Positions 1 to 9,199 of a DNA stretch of 40,312 nucleotides are shown here, piece after piece; within the stretch, counting starts at the first letter, position 1; every line of letters starts with the position of its first letter. A model generated the notes under the pieces. It was given only the letters and a program-made list of their open reading frames with translations, was not told where the DNA came from and did not search any database. The DNA is from Enterobacter phage vB_EclP_26. The DNA is taken from sequence record PP869411.1, one strand, 5' to 3'. The translations under genes and the position numbers were made by a program.

Positions 1-127
1 AGTCGCCATTATGTTACTCCTTACCGATTAAGGTGTTTGCGATACCCTCCAGTGAGACGTCTTTGTACATACCGCCCCGCTCTTGGACTCTCGCTTCTGC
101 TGCATTGCGTCGTTTATCACCAGCCGC
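1..127. repeat. 127-bp exact duplicate of 40186..40312; circular-assembly overlap, not a biological terminal repeat
   Basis: Window positions 1-127 are identical to the last 127 bases. The duplicate sits at the gp15 stop / gp16 start junction inside the structural module. Confidence 0.9.
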
Positions 128-2296
128 TTTGGTCTCGACGATACGAGCGCGGGTATTGGCTTTCTTCTCTGCTGCTGCATAGGCTGCGTCCTCAGCTTTC
201 TTCTGCTGTTCACGGTACAGTTTGCCAACAAGTTCTTTGTCGTAACGAATACGAATAGTCCCTGTAGCGTCCTGAAGGAATACTGAGCCATTCTGCTCAA
301 CTACGGATAGCTGAGAGTTCACGACCCAAGGGTTAGTCTTGATGAGCTGCTGACGTGCAGTCTCGATAACGTCTCGGCCCACCTGCCATGACTCAGGGTT
401 GTCCCCAATCATTAGCTGCTGCTTCGACACCATGCCAATTGACCGACCGTCCTGACCTTCAGAGTTGAAAGTCACGGTGTTCTCGTTCAGCCACTTCTGG
501 GTGTTCTGGGTAGCTGCGTCAGCGTTACCTGTGCGGTAGTACCAAGAGTCCCAGACCTTACGTGCGCTGGCGTCCATGCTGGTTGGCAGACGAGACAGCT
601 CCTTGTTCTGGGAGTCGTTCTTCAGTTCCTGCCACGCCTTGTCGGACTCAATGCGCATCTCACGGGATTGACTTGCGGCCTGCTTGTCTGCCTCAATCAT
701 GGTCTGAGGGTCGAGACCCATCTTATCCATCTGGTCAAACGTAGTGAACAGGGACGCTTGGTCAGGGTACAGAGCCGCAAAGCTGGACGGGTCCTGAGTG
801 TACGCACGGCGAAGGGACTCAAAGCGCTGCATCTTGTCCGGGTCGTACTGACCTCGAATCACAGCCGCTTGCCACTCACCAGCTGCATCGTCAGTCAGTG
901 TCTTATAGGCGTTACGGAATGGGCCGTTGTTGGTGTCAGCTCGCAGTAGGGCAACCTTCTGAGCATCCTTCGAGGCTTCCGGGATGTCCATCTTGTCAAT
1001 CTGGGCCAACTTGCTCATAGCGTAGTTGTTCATGTCCGAACGCTTGAACTCACCAGTAGACTCGTTGACCGGGAGGTCCTCGTAGTTGGTGGAGACATTC
1101 TCGCCATTCAGTCGCCTCTGATACACGTCGTCAATGACCAGCTGCTTATTCTGCGTCTGGATTAACTTAGTGTTCTCTTTGGCCTGCTCAGCTGACTTAC
1201 GCTTAACAGCCTCAAGTAGAGAAGCCTCAGCATTGATGAGCATTTGACGCTGAGGTGTTAACTCTTCGCCCGGTTGAAGTTGGTTGTTCTGAGCCTTTAG
1301 TTTCTGGATTTGGGCCAGACCTATAGTCGGGTCATCCTGAAGCACCGCAGACTGGACGCCTAACGCCAAGTCCTCCTGATACTTCGCCACCAGCTTATAC
1401 TCAGTTCCCTGAGCCTCGACCACAGCAGCATTGAAGACGTCAGGTCCTACAATCTCCTCGACCGTAGCGTCCACGCCATTAAGTGTGAGACGTTCGCCAC
1501 GTACCTGCTGGAGGAAGTTGGAGCCACCGGACTTCTGGATTGCGTCACGTACCGTCTGAGTTATGACCTCTCGTGCACGCTGGTCCGAAGGGATAGCCGC
1601 AGTTGTCAACCCATCACGCATGTAGGCCATGAAGGTCTTACCAGCCTCAGGGCTACGCATCAGGTCGCCGTCATTCAGAAAAGAGTTCATCTCAATGCGG
1701 GTATTAAGCATAGCCGTCTGTTCTGACTGCTGGCTGAAATACTTATTGAAGGACCCATAGATGGCGATGTTACGGTCAGTGATGTTATCGTTAAACCCAC
1801 GCTGGTAGAACTCGTCAGCAGGGTTAATCCCGGCCTCCTCAGCATAGGACTTAGCGGCATCCTGAAGTCGCTGGTGGCGATACTCTTCCATCTCACCGCG
1901 AGTCCTGAACTCACCGTTCTGAATCTTGACGTTAATCTCATCGTCTACCGCGAAGGCAGCGTTGCGACCAGTCTTGACTCTCAGTGCTTCCATAGCATAC
2001 GGGTCGTCCTGATACAGGAGTGTCCCATTCTGGATGGCGTCCCGTCTCTGCTGAGGCGTCAGCTTGCGGATAATCTCGTTAGACCGCTCATCTGCTTGAG
2101 TCTTCCTCTGGTCATCGAACTGCTTGTAGAGACCAGTTCCTGCTTCCACGAAGTTGGTGAACGCACGGGCGAGACCAGAGTCTCCTGTGGGAGCCTGAAC
2201 GTTTGCCGCCTGATAATCTACGCTGATAGCCTTGCCGGGAGCACGACCACGGCCCATCGTCCGGTTAGCCAAAGCTGATTGAATGTCACTAGCCAT
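14..2296 (-). CDS. internal virion (core) protein C, T7 gp15 homolog
   Basis: 760 aa. Long colinear similarity to T7 gp15 (ERSNEIIRKLTPQQRR, LLYQDDPYAMEALRVKTGRNAA, EMEEYRH, IRVRYDKEL). RBS GGAGG upstream. Confidence 0.93.
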   Translation of the reverse strand: MASDIQSALANRTMGRGRAPGKAISVDYQAANVQAPTGDSGLARAFTNFVEAGTGLYKQFDDQRKTQADERSNEIIRKLTPQQRRDAIQNGTLLYQDDPYAMEALRVKTGRNAAFAVDDEINVKIQNGEFRTRGEMEEYRHQRLQDAAKSYAEEAGINPADEFYQRGFNDNITDRNIAIYGSFNKYFSQQSEQTAMLNTRIEMNSFLNDGDLMRSPEAGKTFMAYMRDGLTTAAIPSDQRAREVITQTVRDAIQKSGGSNFLQQVRGERLTLNGVDATVEEIVGPDVFNAAVVEAQGTEYKLVAKYQEDLALGVQSAVLQDDPTIGLAQIQKLKAQNNQLQPGEELTPQRQMLINAEASLLEAVKRKSAEQAKENTKLIQTQNKQLVIDDVYQRRLNGENVSTNYEDLPVNESTGEFKRSDMNNYAMSKLAQIDKMDIPEASKDAQKVALLRADTNNGPFRNAYKTLTDDAAGEWQAAVIRGQYDPDKMQRFESLRRAYTQDPSSFAALYPDQASLFTTFDQMDKMGLDPQTMIEADKQAASQSREMRIESDKAWQELKNDSQNKELSRLPTSMDASARKVWDSWYYRTGNADAATQNTQKWLNENTVTFNSEGQDGRSIGMVSKQQLMIGDNPESWQVGRDVIETARQQLIKTNPWVVNSQLSVVEQNGSVFLQDATGTIRIRYDKELVGKLYREQQKKAEDAAYAAAEKKANTRARIVETKAAGDKRRNAAEARVQERGGMYKDVSLEGIANTLIGKE

Positions 2297-2307
2297 TTAG
2301 CCTCCTG

Positions 2308-2895
2308 TTAGTTGTGACCTGTTGGTGTGCCTTTAGCGGCAGAGATTGGAGCTGAACCGCCAGAACTAGAAGTCCCGGCAATGGATTTACCCATAGCGTA
2401 ACCACCTGCTCCAGCAGACGCAATGTTGAGAGCGTGGGCTAGAGGGCTGGTTCGGATGATTTTACCTTGTCCATTTATGGCGGACTTGGTGTTCTCAATG
2501 TTAGCGATACGGTTACCGAAGATAGCCGCATAGTCGCGGTTGTAGCTCTCGGTGATACCAGCTCGCTCCTTAACGGTGTCTCCTTCTACCTGACGCTCAA
2601 TTCTGTTCATGGAGTTACCCTCCAGTCCAGACTCAGCGATAGCAGCCCTGACCATTCCCTGATTACGAATGCCATTAAGTGTGGTCTCTGTCAGTTCTTG
2701 AACCTGCTGCTCCTTAAGGTCTCGCTCCTGCATCCTCAGGTTGGCGTCGGAGTAGTTCATTTGCTTGACCATCTCCTGTGCCTGTCGGTTCTGAGCGTCT
2801 ATTGCAGCACCCTCAGCCTTTGCTTGCTGTGAGGCACCCATAGTCGCACCAGCTACCGCTAACATTCCCATGCCAATAGAAACTGGTTCACACAT
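2308..2895 (-). CDS. internal virion protein B, T7 gp14 homolog
   Basis: 195 aa with MC.. start and Q/A-rich N-terminus. Similar to T7 gp14 (YNRDYAAIF vs YRRDYQAIF). Lies between gp13 and gp15. Confidence 0.85.
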   Translation of the reverse strand: MCEPVSIGMGMLAVAGATMGASQQAKAEGAAIDAQNRQAQEMVKQMNYSDANLRMQERDLKEQQVQELTETTLNGIRNQGMVRAAIAESGLEGNSMNRIERQVEGDTVKERAGITESYNRDYAAIFGNRIANIENTKSAINGQGKIIRTSPLAHALNIASAGAGGYAMGKSIAGTSSSGGSAPISAAKGTPTGHN

Positions 2896-3015
2896 CTTTC
2901 ACCTCCCGGTTGCACTTGTAACACCACCAGTACGAAGACCCTGAGTATCCAGATAGTGTTGGATGGTTCCCGCACTTAGGACACAAGAGCCGGGTGGCTA
3001 TTAACCCATTGAGAC

Positions 3016-3474
3016 TCATACGTCCTCCTTGGAGATAGTGAATAGTTGAAATACCTCACCAGTTACAGGACTTTTGGTCCACTCATCGTGGAACTTAGCG
3101 CCTAGCAACTGCAAGAATTTAATGTGAGACTTATTGCCTGACCAAACGTAGTTCCAGATGGTCCCGTATTGGTCTAACATTAAGTCCCTGTACTCAGAGA
3201 TGCGCTGGATAAACTCGCGTCTTCCCTTAGAGTCAAGCAGTTGTACCTGACCCGAGGTAAGGAACCAAACGTTGTCACCTTGGTTTCCACCATACGCATA
3301 CACCTCGCCTGTTCGGTCGGTCAAAACCACAGATGACTCAGTGAGGTGGGATAGCATTCTTTCAGTCATGCCTAAGCAGGACCCAAAGTTTGCTATGGCC
3401 TCGTTGGTATCATCCTTTGATAGGTGCCAGAGGAAATAATGAACGTCCTCTTCTGTAGCCTTACGAATGTGCAT
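3016..3474 (-). CDS. internal virion protein A, T7 gp13 homolog
   Basis: 152 aa; MHIRKA.. resembles the gp13 start MMIRKA; WFLT and IKFLQLLGAKF motifs; synteny. Confidence 0.75.
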   Translation of the reverse strand: MHIRKATEEDVHYFLWHLSKDDTNEAIANFGSCLGMTERMLSHLTESSVVLTDRTGEVYAYGGNQGDNVWFLTSGQVQLLDSKGRREFIQRISEYRDLMLDQYGTIWNYVWSGNKSHIKFLQLLGAKFHDEWTKSPVTGEVFQLFTISKEDV

Positions 3475-3505
3475 AAAGTCTCCTTATGACTTAAAGGGCC
3501 TATAG

Positions 3506-3525
3506 TCCCTATAGTGATAGTTTAG
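3506..3525 (-). promoter_or_regulatory. phage-RNAP promoter (phi13 equivalent)
   Basis: Minus strand reads CTAAACTATCACTATAGGGA; one of 12 copies of this motif. Confidence 0.8.
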
Positions 3526-3550
3526 GTGAATCTATAGGCCTTTCAATAGG

Positions 3551-5917
3551 TTAGATACTCTTAGCTTTCTTAGCGTATGAGGCCTCCCAGCCACACCCAA
3601 CGATGGACACAGGGGTCGGAGCGTCTGACTCAATGACCAGAGAAGTCTCTCTTGCGTCACCGTTCATCGGGATGCGCCACTGTCCGGTAATCAGCGGTAC
3701 ACCACCAATCACACCATCACCAGCTTTGTACCCGTTCAAGTGGTTGTCGAACACACGGCTACGGTTAGCCACCAGCGCCTCCAGTTGCCCTGTGGACTGA
3801 TAGTTTACCCAAGCTCGACGCAACTGCAAGCGCCCAGTGTCCTCGGTCACGGTCCCGTTCTGGTCCTCGTGCTTAATGAGGAACCGGGAGAACTTGTAGC
3901 GGAACTTGTAGACTCGACCCACGTAGACGAACACTCCAGACCAGTCACCTTTCAGCTTGACCGTAGGGTTGAGACCCCAGCCGCCAGACGGACGGTCCAC
4001 CACAGTGTATGCCCCAGCCTGCGTAACAATGACGTATTTTTCACCCTGAGGGTTGCCACCGTAGAGAGACGCTAGGTTAAACGTGGTGATGTTCGTGTTA
4101 GGGTCATACAGCTCCGGTCCAACGTAAGTCTCCACCTTAGAGTCTACATGGATGCGATATGGTTCACGCTCGAAGTCCGTGGCCTCTTTGATAAACTTGA
4201 CGGTCTCGAAAGTAACACCAGAGGCATCACGAGTCACCATGTAAATCTCAGAGCCGATGGAGCTGATAGCCAGTACCTCTCGTCCTTCTTCCAGTTCCCA
4301 GTGAGACCATGAGGCCTGCAACTGTACTCCATCCTTGAAGAGGAACTTGTAGATGAACACACGGTTAACCGCTCCAGTGGTAAGGACCGAAACGAAGTTC
4401 TCAGTCGAGGACCCTTGGATGTCGAACACTCCGTTAGGGATGTAGGACAGAACGTGACCAGTGGTATCGTCCGCGTCCTTGACGTCAGTCACATCAGCCA
4501 CCGCAAAGTAACGGTTAATGCTGGTGAACGAGCCACGAGGCGCAGAGAAGAAGACAGAGCGTCCTACTGTGAACGGACGAGCCGCATCACTCACAGCGAA
4601 CTCAGAACCCACGTCAAGCTGGATGGACTTAGAGGTCAGGACTCCAGAGCTGGTCATCACGAATTGAACCTCGTCGGACCACAGGAGCAGTTGTTCAGCG
4701 AACGGTACGGCATACTTCAGCACGGAGATGCGCGGGTGACTCACAGCCACATCAATCGGGTCGTCATCACTTAGGGTCGCCACCGACTTAGGGAAGAACG
4801 CAAAGTAACCAGCTGAACGGGACATAATGACGTTCTCTCCAGACAGGAACCCTAATCGGTTACGGTAGAAGAACACATCGTTAATCGTAGCGTCGACAAA
4901 GCTCGGCATCGGGTTCGTGTCATCGTTACCAGCACCACGCTCACGCCAGCTCAGAGGTTGCAGCTTAAAGGTCCCATCAGCCTGACGAATCAGACCCTGA
5001 GGCATTGTCGCTGCGTTAAGTCCCAGAACCACTCCCGGTGCGATAGTCTCCTGCCAAGTCTTAGTCGTGGTGTTGTACTTCACGTAATACTCGTCAGCTG
5101 AGCTACCGGACTCTCCCTGAATCTTGATGATGTAGCCGTTCGGTGCCGCCAGAGGCAGCTTGCTCACAGTCTGAACAGTGTCAAGCACAGCGTTGATTAA
5201 CTGGTTAGCATAGCCGTCTTTGGTCTCCACGACAGTAATGTCCGTACCTGAGGGTGCCACAATCTCGATGTAGCCGGACCCGAGGTTGAACGTATAGGTC
5301 GGATAGGCAGCTACCAGAAGGGTCCGCAGGGCCTCACCGATTGCCTGTGCGTCCACCTTTGGAGGGTCAGTCTCTGCGTTGTTTCCCGGTGGCAGGGTAT
5401 GGCTGACTTCGGTCCCACCATTAATAGAGACCTTAAGGGTTCTACCATACTGACCACCTCGTAGGTTAATCAATGCGCGAGACTTGCTGTTATACCCCGG
5501 ATAGCTAAGGTCTGTACCCTTGGACACCACCTTGGTGCGGTTAACAATGAACGTATAATCTGCAACCGTAACCACTCGTATATCGTCACGTGGGGACCGA
5601 GACGTGATGTAGGATAGGTCGTCAGCGGTTACTGGGATCTCCTCACCGTCAAGGCTGAATACACGGACAGTAGTCCCTGTGAACACGACGTAATACTGCT
5701 CTTGTTCATCGCGATTAATCAGGTGAAACTTGGGGGCCGGACCGAAGTCACCACCTACCAGTTTCTTGAAGAGACTCGGCGCACGCTTCTGGAGCCCCTC
5801 ACTCTCAGAGGACCAGCCGTTCACCTGTTCTTCCCCTTGGTCTGCGAACCTCAGGATGTCAGGCTGCTGGCTAATGCCACCCTTCAGGTTCTTTATGCTT
5901 TGTGTATAGAGCGGCAT
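3551..5917 (-). CDS. tail tubular protein B, T7 gp12 homolog
   Basis: 788 aa. N-terminus SIKNLKGGISQQPDILRF..QVNGWSSESEGLQKR is near-identical to T7 gp12. Confidence 0.95.
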   Translation of the reverse strand: MPLYTQSIKNLKGGISQQPDILRFADQGEEQVNGWSSESEGLQKRAPSLFKKLVGGDFGPAPKFHLINRDEQEQYYVVFTGTTVRVFSLDGEEIPVTADDLSYITSRSPRDDIRVVTVADYTFIVNRTKVVSKGTDLSYPGYNSKSRALINLRGGQYGRTLKVSINGGTEVSHTLPPGNNAETDPPKVDAQAIGEALRTLLVAAYPTYTFNLGSGYIEIVAPSGTDITVVETKDGYANQLINAVLDTVQTVSKLPLAAPNGYIIKIQGESGSSADEYYVKYNTTTKTWQETIAPGVVLGLNAATMPQGLIRQADGTFKLQPLSWRERGAGNDDTNPMPSFVDATINDVFFYRNRLGFLSGENVIMSRSAGYFAFFPKSVATLSDDDPIDVAVSHPRISVLKYAVPFAEQLLLWSDEVQFVMTSSGVLTSKSIQLDVGSEFAVSDAARPFTVGRSVFFSAPRGSFTSINRYFAVADVTDVKDADDTTGHVLSYIPNGVFDIQGSSTENFVSVLTTGAVNRVFIYKFLFKDGVQLQASWSHWELEEGREVLAISSIGSEIYMVTRDASGVTFETVKFIKEATDFEREPYRIHVDSKVETYVGPELYDPNTNITTFNLASLYGGNPQGEKYVIVTQAGAYTVVDRPSGGWGLNPTVKLKGDWSGVFVYVGRVYKFRYKFSRFLIKHEDQNGTVTEDTGRLQLRRAWVNYQSTGQLEALVANRSRVFDNHLNGYKAGDGVIGGVPLITGQWRIPMNGDARETSLVIESDAPTPVSIVGCGWEASYAKKAKSI

Positions 5918-5926
5918 GTCGCCTCC

Positions 5927-6154
5927 TTATATAATGGACATTAGAACGTAGCCTTCAGCGATGAACCCAACGTCAGCTACATGGAGGACCTTTCGAGACA
6001 CTTGGTTCCCGGTGTATCCGTTGTGGTATTCACGCAGGATGAGCCAGTCGCCAGCCTTGAAGTCCCGGTCATTAAGTCTAAGCTCTGCTGTCTTCAGGCC
6101 CAAGCTTACAGGCCCAAAGAACTCAGGGTCAATCTTCAGTTCATGTTGAGCCAT
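5927..6154 (-). CDS. ASCH / DUF3850-like small protein inserted between gp11 and gp12
   Basis: 75 aa (MAQHELKIDPEFFGPVSLGLKTAELRLNDRDFKAGDWLILREY..YTGNQVSRKVL). The GxKTxExR ASCH/PUA-like signature is present. ATG overlaps the gp11 stop (TAATG). T7 has no gene here. Confidence 0.6.
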   Translation of the reverse strand: MAQHELKIDPEFFGPVSLGLKTAELRLNDRDFKAGDWLILREYHNGYTGNQVSRKVLHVADVGFIAEGYVLMSII

Positions 6155-6717
6155 TAGTCCCTCCCGATAGAAGACATCATGTTGTAGCGACCAGAGTCCA
6201 TCTCGTACTCCATGACCTGCTGGTACAGCTCCTGCTCCTGCTCCCGAAGGTACTGCTCAGACTCCGGGCTACCGAAGAACTTAGCGTTGAACTCTCGGCT
6301 GGCCTTGGTCACAATGTAGTCCCTGAAGACCACAGGCATCTCAGCGAACGGCTTCAGGTCTACCAGCTCGACCACAGTTGGTCCTGAGAAGATGTCGGTC
6401 TGGTTAATCAGGTCGTATAGCCAACCATCACGATTGGAGAACTTACTCTCTGACCCAGTTGTCAGGACCTTGATGTAGGACGGTAAGTATCGAATCTTCC
6501 CAGCTGTGTTAGGGACCAGAGTCGCCTCTTCATTGATGTTAAAGTTCCAGCCTTTAGCCTGAATCTGACGGTTGACTCGTGTCAGGATTCGCACAGCGTT
6601 CGTTACGTCTGCGTTGTTCTCGTCAAGCTGTAGGACTGGAGGTTCCCCGATAGCAGCCAACATATCGTTGATTGCCTCAAGGTCTTCGTTAGGATTCAGC
6701 GGAACGTATTCTGCCAT
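6154..6717 (-). CDS. tail tubular protein A, T7 gp11 homolog
   Basis: 187 aa; AINDMLAAIGEPPV, NRQIQAKGWNFNI, IVTKASREFNAKFFGSPE and MEYEMDSGRYNM match T7 gp11. Confidence 0.93.
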   Translation of the reverse strand: MAEYVPLNPNEDLEAINDMLAAIGEPPVLQLDENNADVTNAVRILTRVNRQIQAKGWNFNINEEATLVPNTAGKIRYLPSYIKVLTTGSESKFSNRDGWLYDLINQTDIFSGPTVVELVDLKPFAEMPVVFRDYIVTKASREFNAKFFGSPESEQYLREQEQELYQQVMEYEMDSGRYNMMSSIGRD

Positions 6718-6732
6718 ATGTCCTCCTTAAGC

Positions 6733-6773
6733 AAAAAAAAACCCCTCAAGCACCCGAAGGCACCCAAGGGGTT
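6733..6773 (-). terminator. Tphi-like rho-independent / phage RNAP terminator downstream of capsid
   Basis: The minus-strand RNA AACCCCUUGGGUGCC-UUCG-GGUGCUUGAGGGG followed by U9 gives a 13-bp stem (with G:U pairs) and a UUCG tetraloop. Close to T7 Tphi (AACCCCTTGGGG..CTTGAGGGGTTTTTTG). Confidence 0.8.
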
Positions 6774-6777
6774 TCAA

Positions 6778-8090
6778 TTAGTTTGTGAACGACACGTTGA
6801 ACTCACGGATTTGATTACCGTCATATTCAACCGTTACAAGACCGCTCACAGCAGAGGTGGCCTTGAAGTAGAGACTGTTAGTTCTCCGGGAGTAGCTAAC
6901 ACCATCAGGCGTAGCAACTACAAGCTTGGACCAATCGGTCACATCAGAAAGCTCAGGGAAGTCAACCTTCAAGCTGCTTCCCACGGTAGATTCTAAAGTC
7001 TCCAAGGTCGGACCCTCGGAAGTGAAGGACCTAAAGGTCGTTAACCCGCTGCTGCTGGGCTGAAAACCAGTGCGCCAGCTGCTTCAGGACGCAGACCGCC
7101 GTGACCCATCGCGTACTTACCGACAATCAGGTCGCCCTGAGCATCGACGTCACGGTCACGTTCCAGAGCCAGGTCGCGCAGCTTAACGGTACCAACCGCA
7201 GAGCGGTGACCGAACAGGCCCACAACGTTGTCCAGAGCAACCTTAACATCGCCACCAGCGGTAGCAGGGAAGCCGTGTTTCTGACCAGATGCGATAGAGA
7301 TGCCATCATCACCACGAGTCTCACCAGCGCCACCCTGAGTCAGGTGCGGAACCTCGACCACAGTGAAGCCCATTACGTTACGGATGTTACCAGTCTCTGG
7401 GTCAATCAGTGCCGCGTAGTTAGCAGCGTTAGGCATCAGGGCCGCGAGGATTGCAGAGTAGTTATCCGGTGTGGTGTAGAAGTAACGGTCGGACGCAGGA
7501 ACATAGTTCTTAGTCAGACGCGCACGGGCGATAGTCAGCTGACCGATGATTGCTTCACCCAGCTTAGCCGGAGTGTTCAGGTCTGCCAGTGTACCCACTT
7601 CCAGTACGGACGCGGTGCCCAGACCAGCGATGTTCTCGTTGGACGCAGCAGGCAGGTTACACAGGATCGCCATCTCAGCCAGTACCGCACCATCAGCAGC
7701 GATAGCCAGAGCTTCGCCCAGTTGGTTGGAATACTCGCCAGCCACATCGTAGTGGTTCATGGCATCTTCAATGTCGAAAATCATCACGTCAGCAGTCAGC
7801 AGACCGTCGATGGTGATAACCTTCTCAGTGTGCTTGATGCCCTTACGCTTATCAGACAGGCGCTCACCCGGTGCCAGATACACACCAGAGGTGCGGCCCA
7901 TGACAGGGAACTGAGCGGACTTACCGTTCTGAATGGTGCGTACAATATGCTTGTCAGCGGTCACAGAACGACGAGCGAATGCGGTCAGGACTTCACCAGC
8001 GAAGACCTTGAGGAACAGTGCTAGTGCATCGGTAGCTGACTTGCCTTTGCCTTGGTCGGTACCAATTTTCTGACCCGGAACGTTTGCCAT
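6778..8090 (-). CDS. minor capsid protein 10B, made by programmed -1 frameshift from 10A at GGTTTTC
   Basis: The -1 frame stays open from the slippery heptamer (minus-strand G GTT TTC at 7068..7062) to the stop at 6778. This matches the T7 10A/10B frameshift site G GUU UUC. The track ORF 6778..7005 is the C-terminal part of this extension. Confidence 0.65.
7041..8090 (-). CDS. major capsid protein 10A
   Basis: 349 aa, highly similar to T7 gp10A (LALFLKVF.GEVLTAFAR, HTEKVITIDGLLTADV, NYAALIDPE, HRSAVGTVKLRDLALER, KYAMGHGGLRPEAAGA). Confidence 0.97.
   Translation of the reverse strand: MANVPGQKIGTDQGKGKSATDALALFLKVFAGEVLTAFARRSVTADKHIVRTIQNGKSAQFPVMGRTSGVYLAPGERLSDKRKGIKHTEKVITIDGLLTADVMIFDIEDAMNHYDVAGEYSNQLGEALAIAADGAVLAEMAILCNLPAASNENIAGLGTASVLEVGTLADLNTPAKLGEAIIGQLTIARARLTKNYVPASDRYFYTTPDNYSAILAALMPNAANYAALIDPETGNIRNVMGFTVVEVPHLTQGGAGETRGDDGISIASGQKHGFPATAGGDVKVALDNVVGLFGHRSAVGTVKLRDLALERDRDVDAQGDLIVGKYAMGHGGLRPEAAGALVFSPAAAG
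7062..7068 (-). promoter_or_regulatory. -1 ribosomal frameshift slippery site (G GUU UUC)
   Basis: Heptamer in the 0 frame 22 nt before the 10A stop; the downstream -1 frame is open for about 96 codons. Confidence 0.6.
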
Positions 8091-8197
8091 ATGATAAATC
8101 TCCTATTCGAATGAAAGATAAAGTTTAGTTACTTCGTTGTGCTCAATCCGTATGAACTGAAGTTACAGGGAAACCAGAGGTATCAGTTCTCTTGGTC

Positions 8198-8217
8198 TCC
8201 CTATAGTGATAGTTTAG
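8198..8217 (-). promoter_or_regulatory. phage-RNAP promoter (phi10 equivalent) with T7-like leader hairpin
   Basis: CTAAACTATCACTATAGGGAGACC. The leader GGGAGACCAAGAGAACUGAUACCUCUGGUUUCCC resembles the T7 phi10 leader stem-loop. The RBS is UAGGAGA before the capsid ATG. Confidence 0.85.
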
Positions 8218-8224
8218 TCCCACC

Positions 8225-9106
8225 TTACAGGCTGGACACGGCTACCTTAGCGCGGACCTGATTAGTGTACGTAGCGTCACGCAGATAGCGCGGGTCACTC
8301 ATAGCTTTAATCATGTCAGCCTTAGAGCTGAAACCTTCGGCCTGAGCCTTAGGTGCGACCACAGGCGGTTTACCTTGAGTCGTGATGGTTCGTGTAGGTT
8401 TAACGCCAACAGCCTTACCCAGAGTCTTACCAGCCAGATTCAGGATAGCCTTAGTTGTCGCAATGTCTTTACGGACAATAGCGGCTTCCAGTGCATCCTT
8501 GGTCGACGGGTCGTTAGCCTGAAGATGAGACAATACGCGATTAAACTGGTCAGGACCACCAGCGAAGCGAACGATGCCAGCAGCATACTGTTCAGCCAGA
8601 GCTTCCTGTCCACGGACAAACGAGTCTACGAAACGCTTGGTATACCCGGCTTCTGCCAGCTTAGCGTAGGATGCTTCAGAGAGCTTACCGTCTTTGGCGT
8701 ATTCAGCCTTGATAGCGGTAATTTCGTCAGCAGTAACCTTACCAGCTTCAACAGCACCAGACACCATGTCGTCGAATGCAGCTTCGTTCTCATCCAGAGC
8801 GGTGACACTTTCGGTCAGCTCTTTAGGGGTTTCACCAAGTTCTACAAACTCTTGGTCATCACCTTCGGTATCGGACTCATCGTCGTCACCTTCAGCCTCT
8901 TCACCTTCAGCCTCTTCGACGTTCTCGTCTTCTTCGGTCGCTTCTTCTTGCTCAGCTTCCAGTTGCTTGAAGGTAATGGCATCATCACCATCTCGGACAG
9001 CTACGTCCTGCTCAAGCATAGACTTCTGGTGTTCGTTCAGGTCCTCGACGGAACCAGTGATTGCATTGGAGCTAACGCCGAACTCGGCATAAACTGATTG
9101 GGACAT
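8225..9106 (-). CDS. scaffolding protein, T7 gp9 homolog
   Basis: Very acidic. SVYAEFGV, VAVRDGDDAI, SYAKLAEAGYTKRFVDSFVRGQEAL and KAMSDPRY match T7 gp9. The start is taken at an internal ATG with RBS AAAGGAGAG; the track ORF starts at 9148. Confidence 0.9.
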   Translation of the reverse strand: MSQSVYAEFGVSSNAITGSVEDLNEHQKSMLEQDVAVRDGDDAITFKQLEAEQEEATEEDENVEEAEGEEAEGDDDESDTEGDDQEFVELGETPKELTESVTALDENEAAFDDMVSGAVEAGKVTADEITAIKAEYAKDGKLSEASYAKLAEAGYTKRFVDSFVRGQEALAEQYAAGIVRFAGGPDQFNRVLSHLQANDPSTKDALEAAIVRKDIATTKAILNLAGKTLGKAVGVKPTRTITTQGKPPVVAPKAQAEGFSSKADMIKAMSDPRYLRDATYTNQVRAKVAVSSL

Positions 9107-9199
9107 TAAGTCTCTCCTTTGGTAGTTAATAGGACAGACTGTAGGCATGGAATCTTCGGTCTAATACCAGTGGCCTTCCATACAACCTACAATCTATTG

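Noticed and set aside
1-127. Terminal direct repeat of the phage
   Set aside because: The 127-bp duplicate lies at the gp15/gp16 junction in coding sequence. A real T7-like terminal repeat lies between gene 19.5 and the early promoters (predicted about 29905-30116).
7101-8024. 307-aa plus-strand ORF
   Set aside because: It is antisense to the highly conserved capsid gene; all identifiable genes are on the minus strand.
8375-9097. 240-aa and 132-aa plus-strand ORFs (Ser-rich)
   Set aside because: They are antisense to the acidic scaffold gene (GAA/GAC-rich coding read backwards gives Ser/Phe-rich ORFs).
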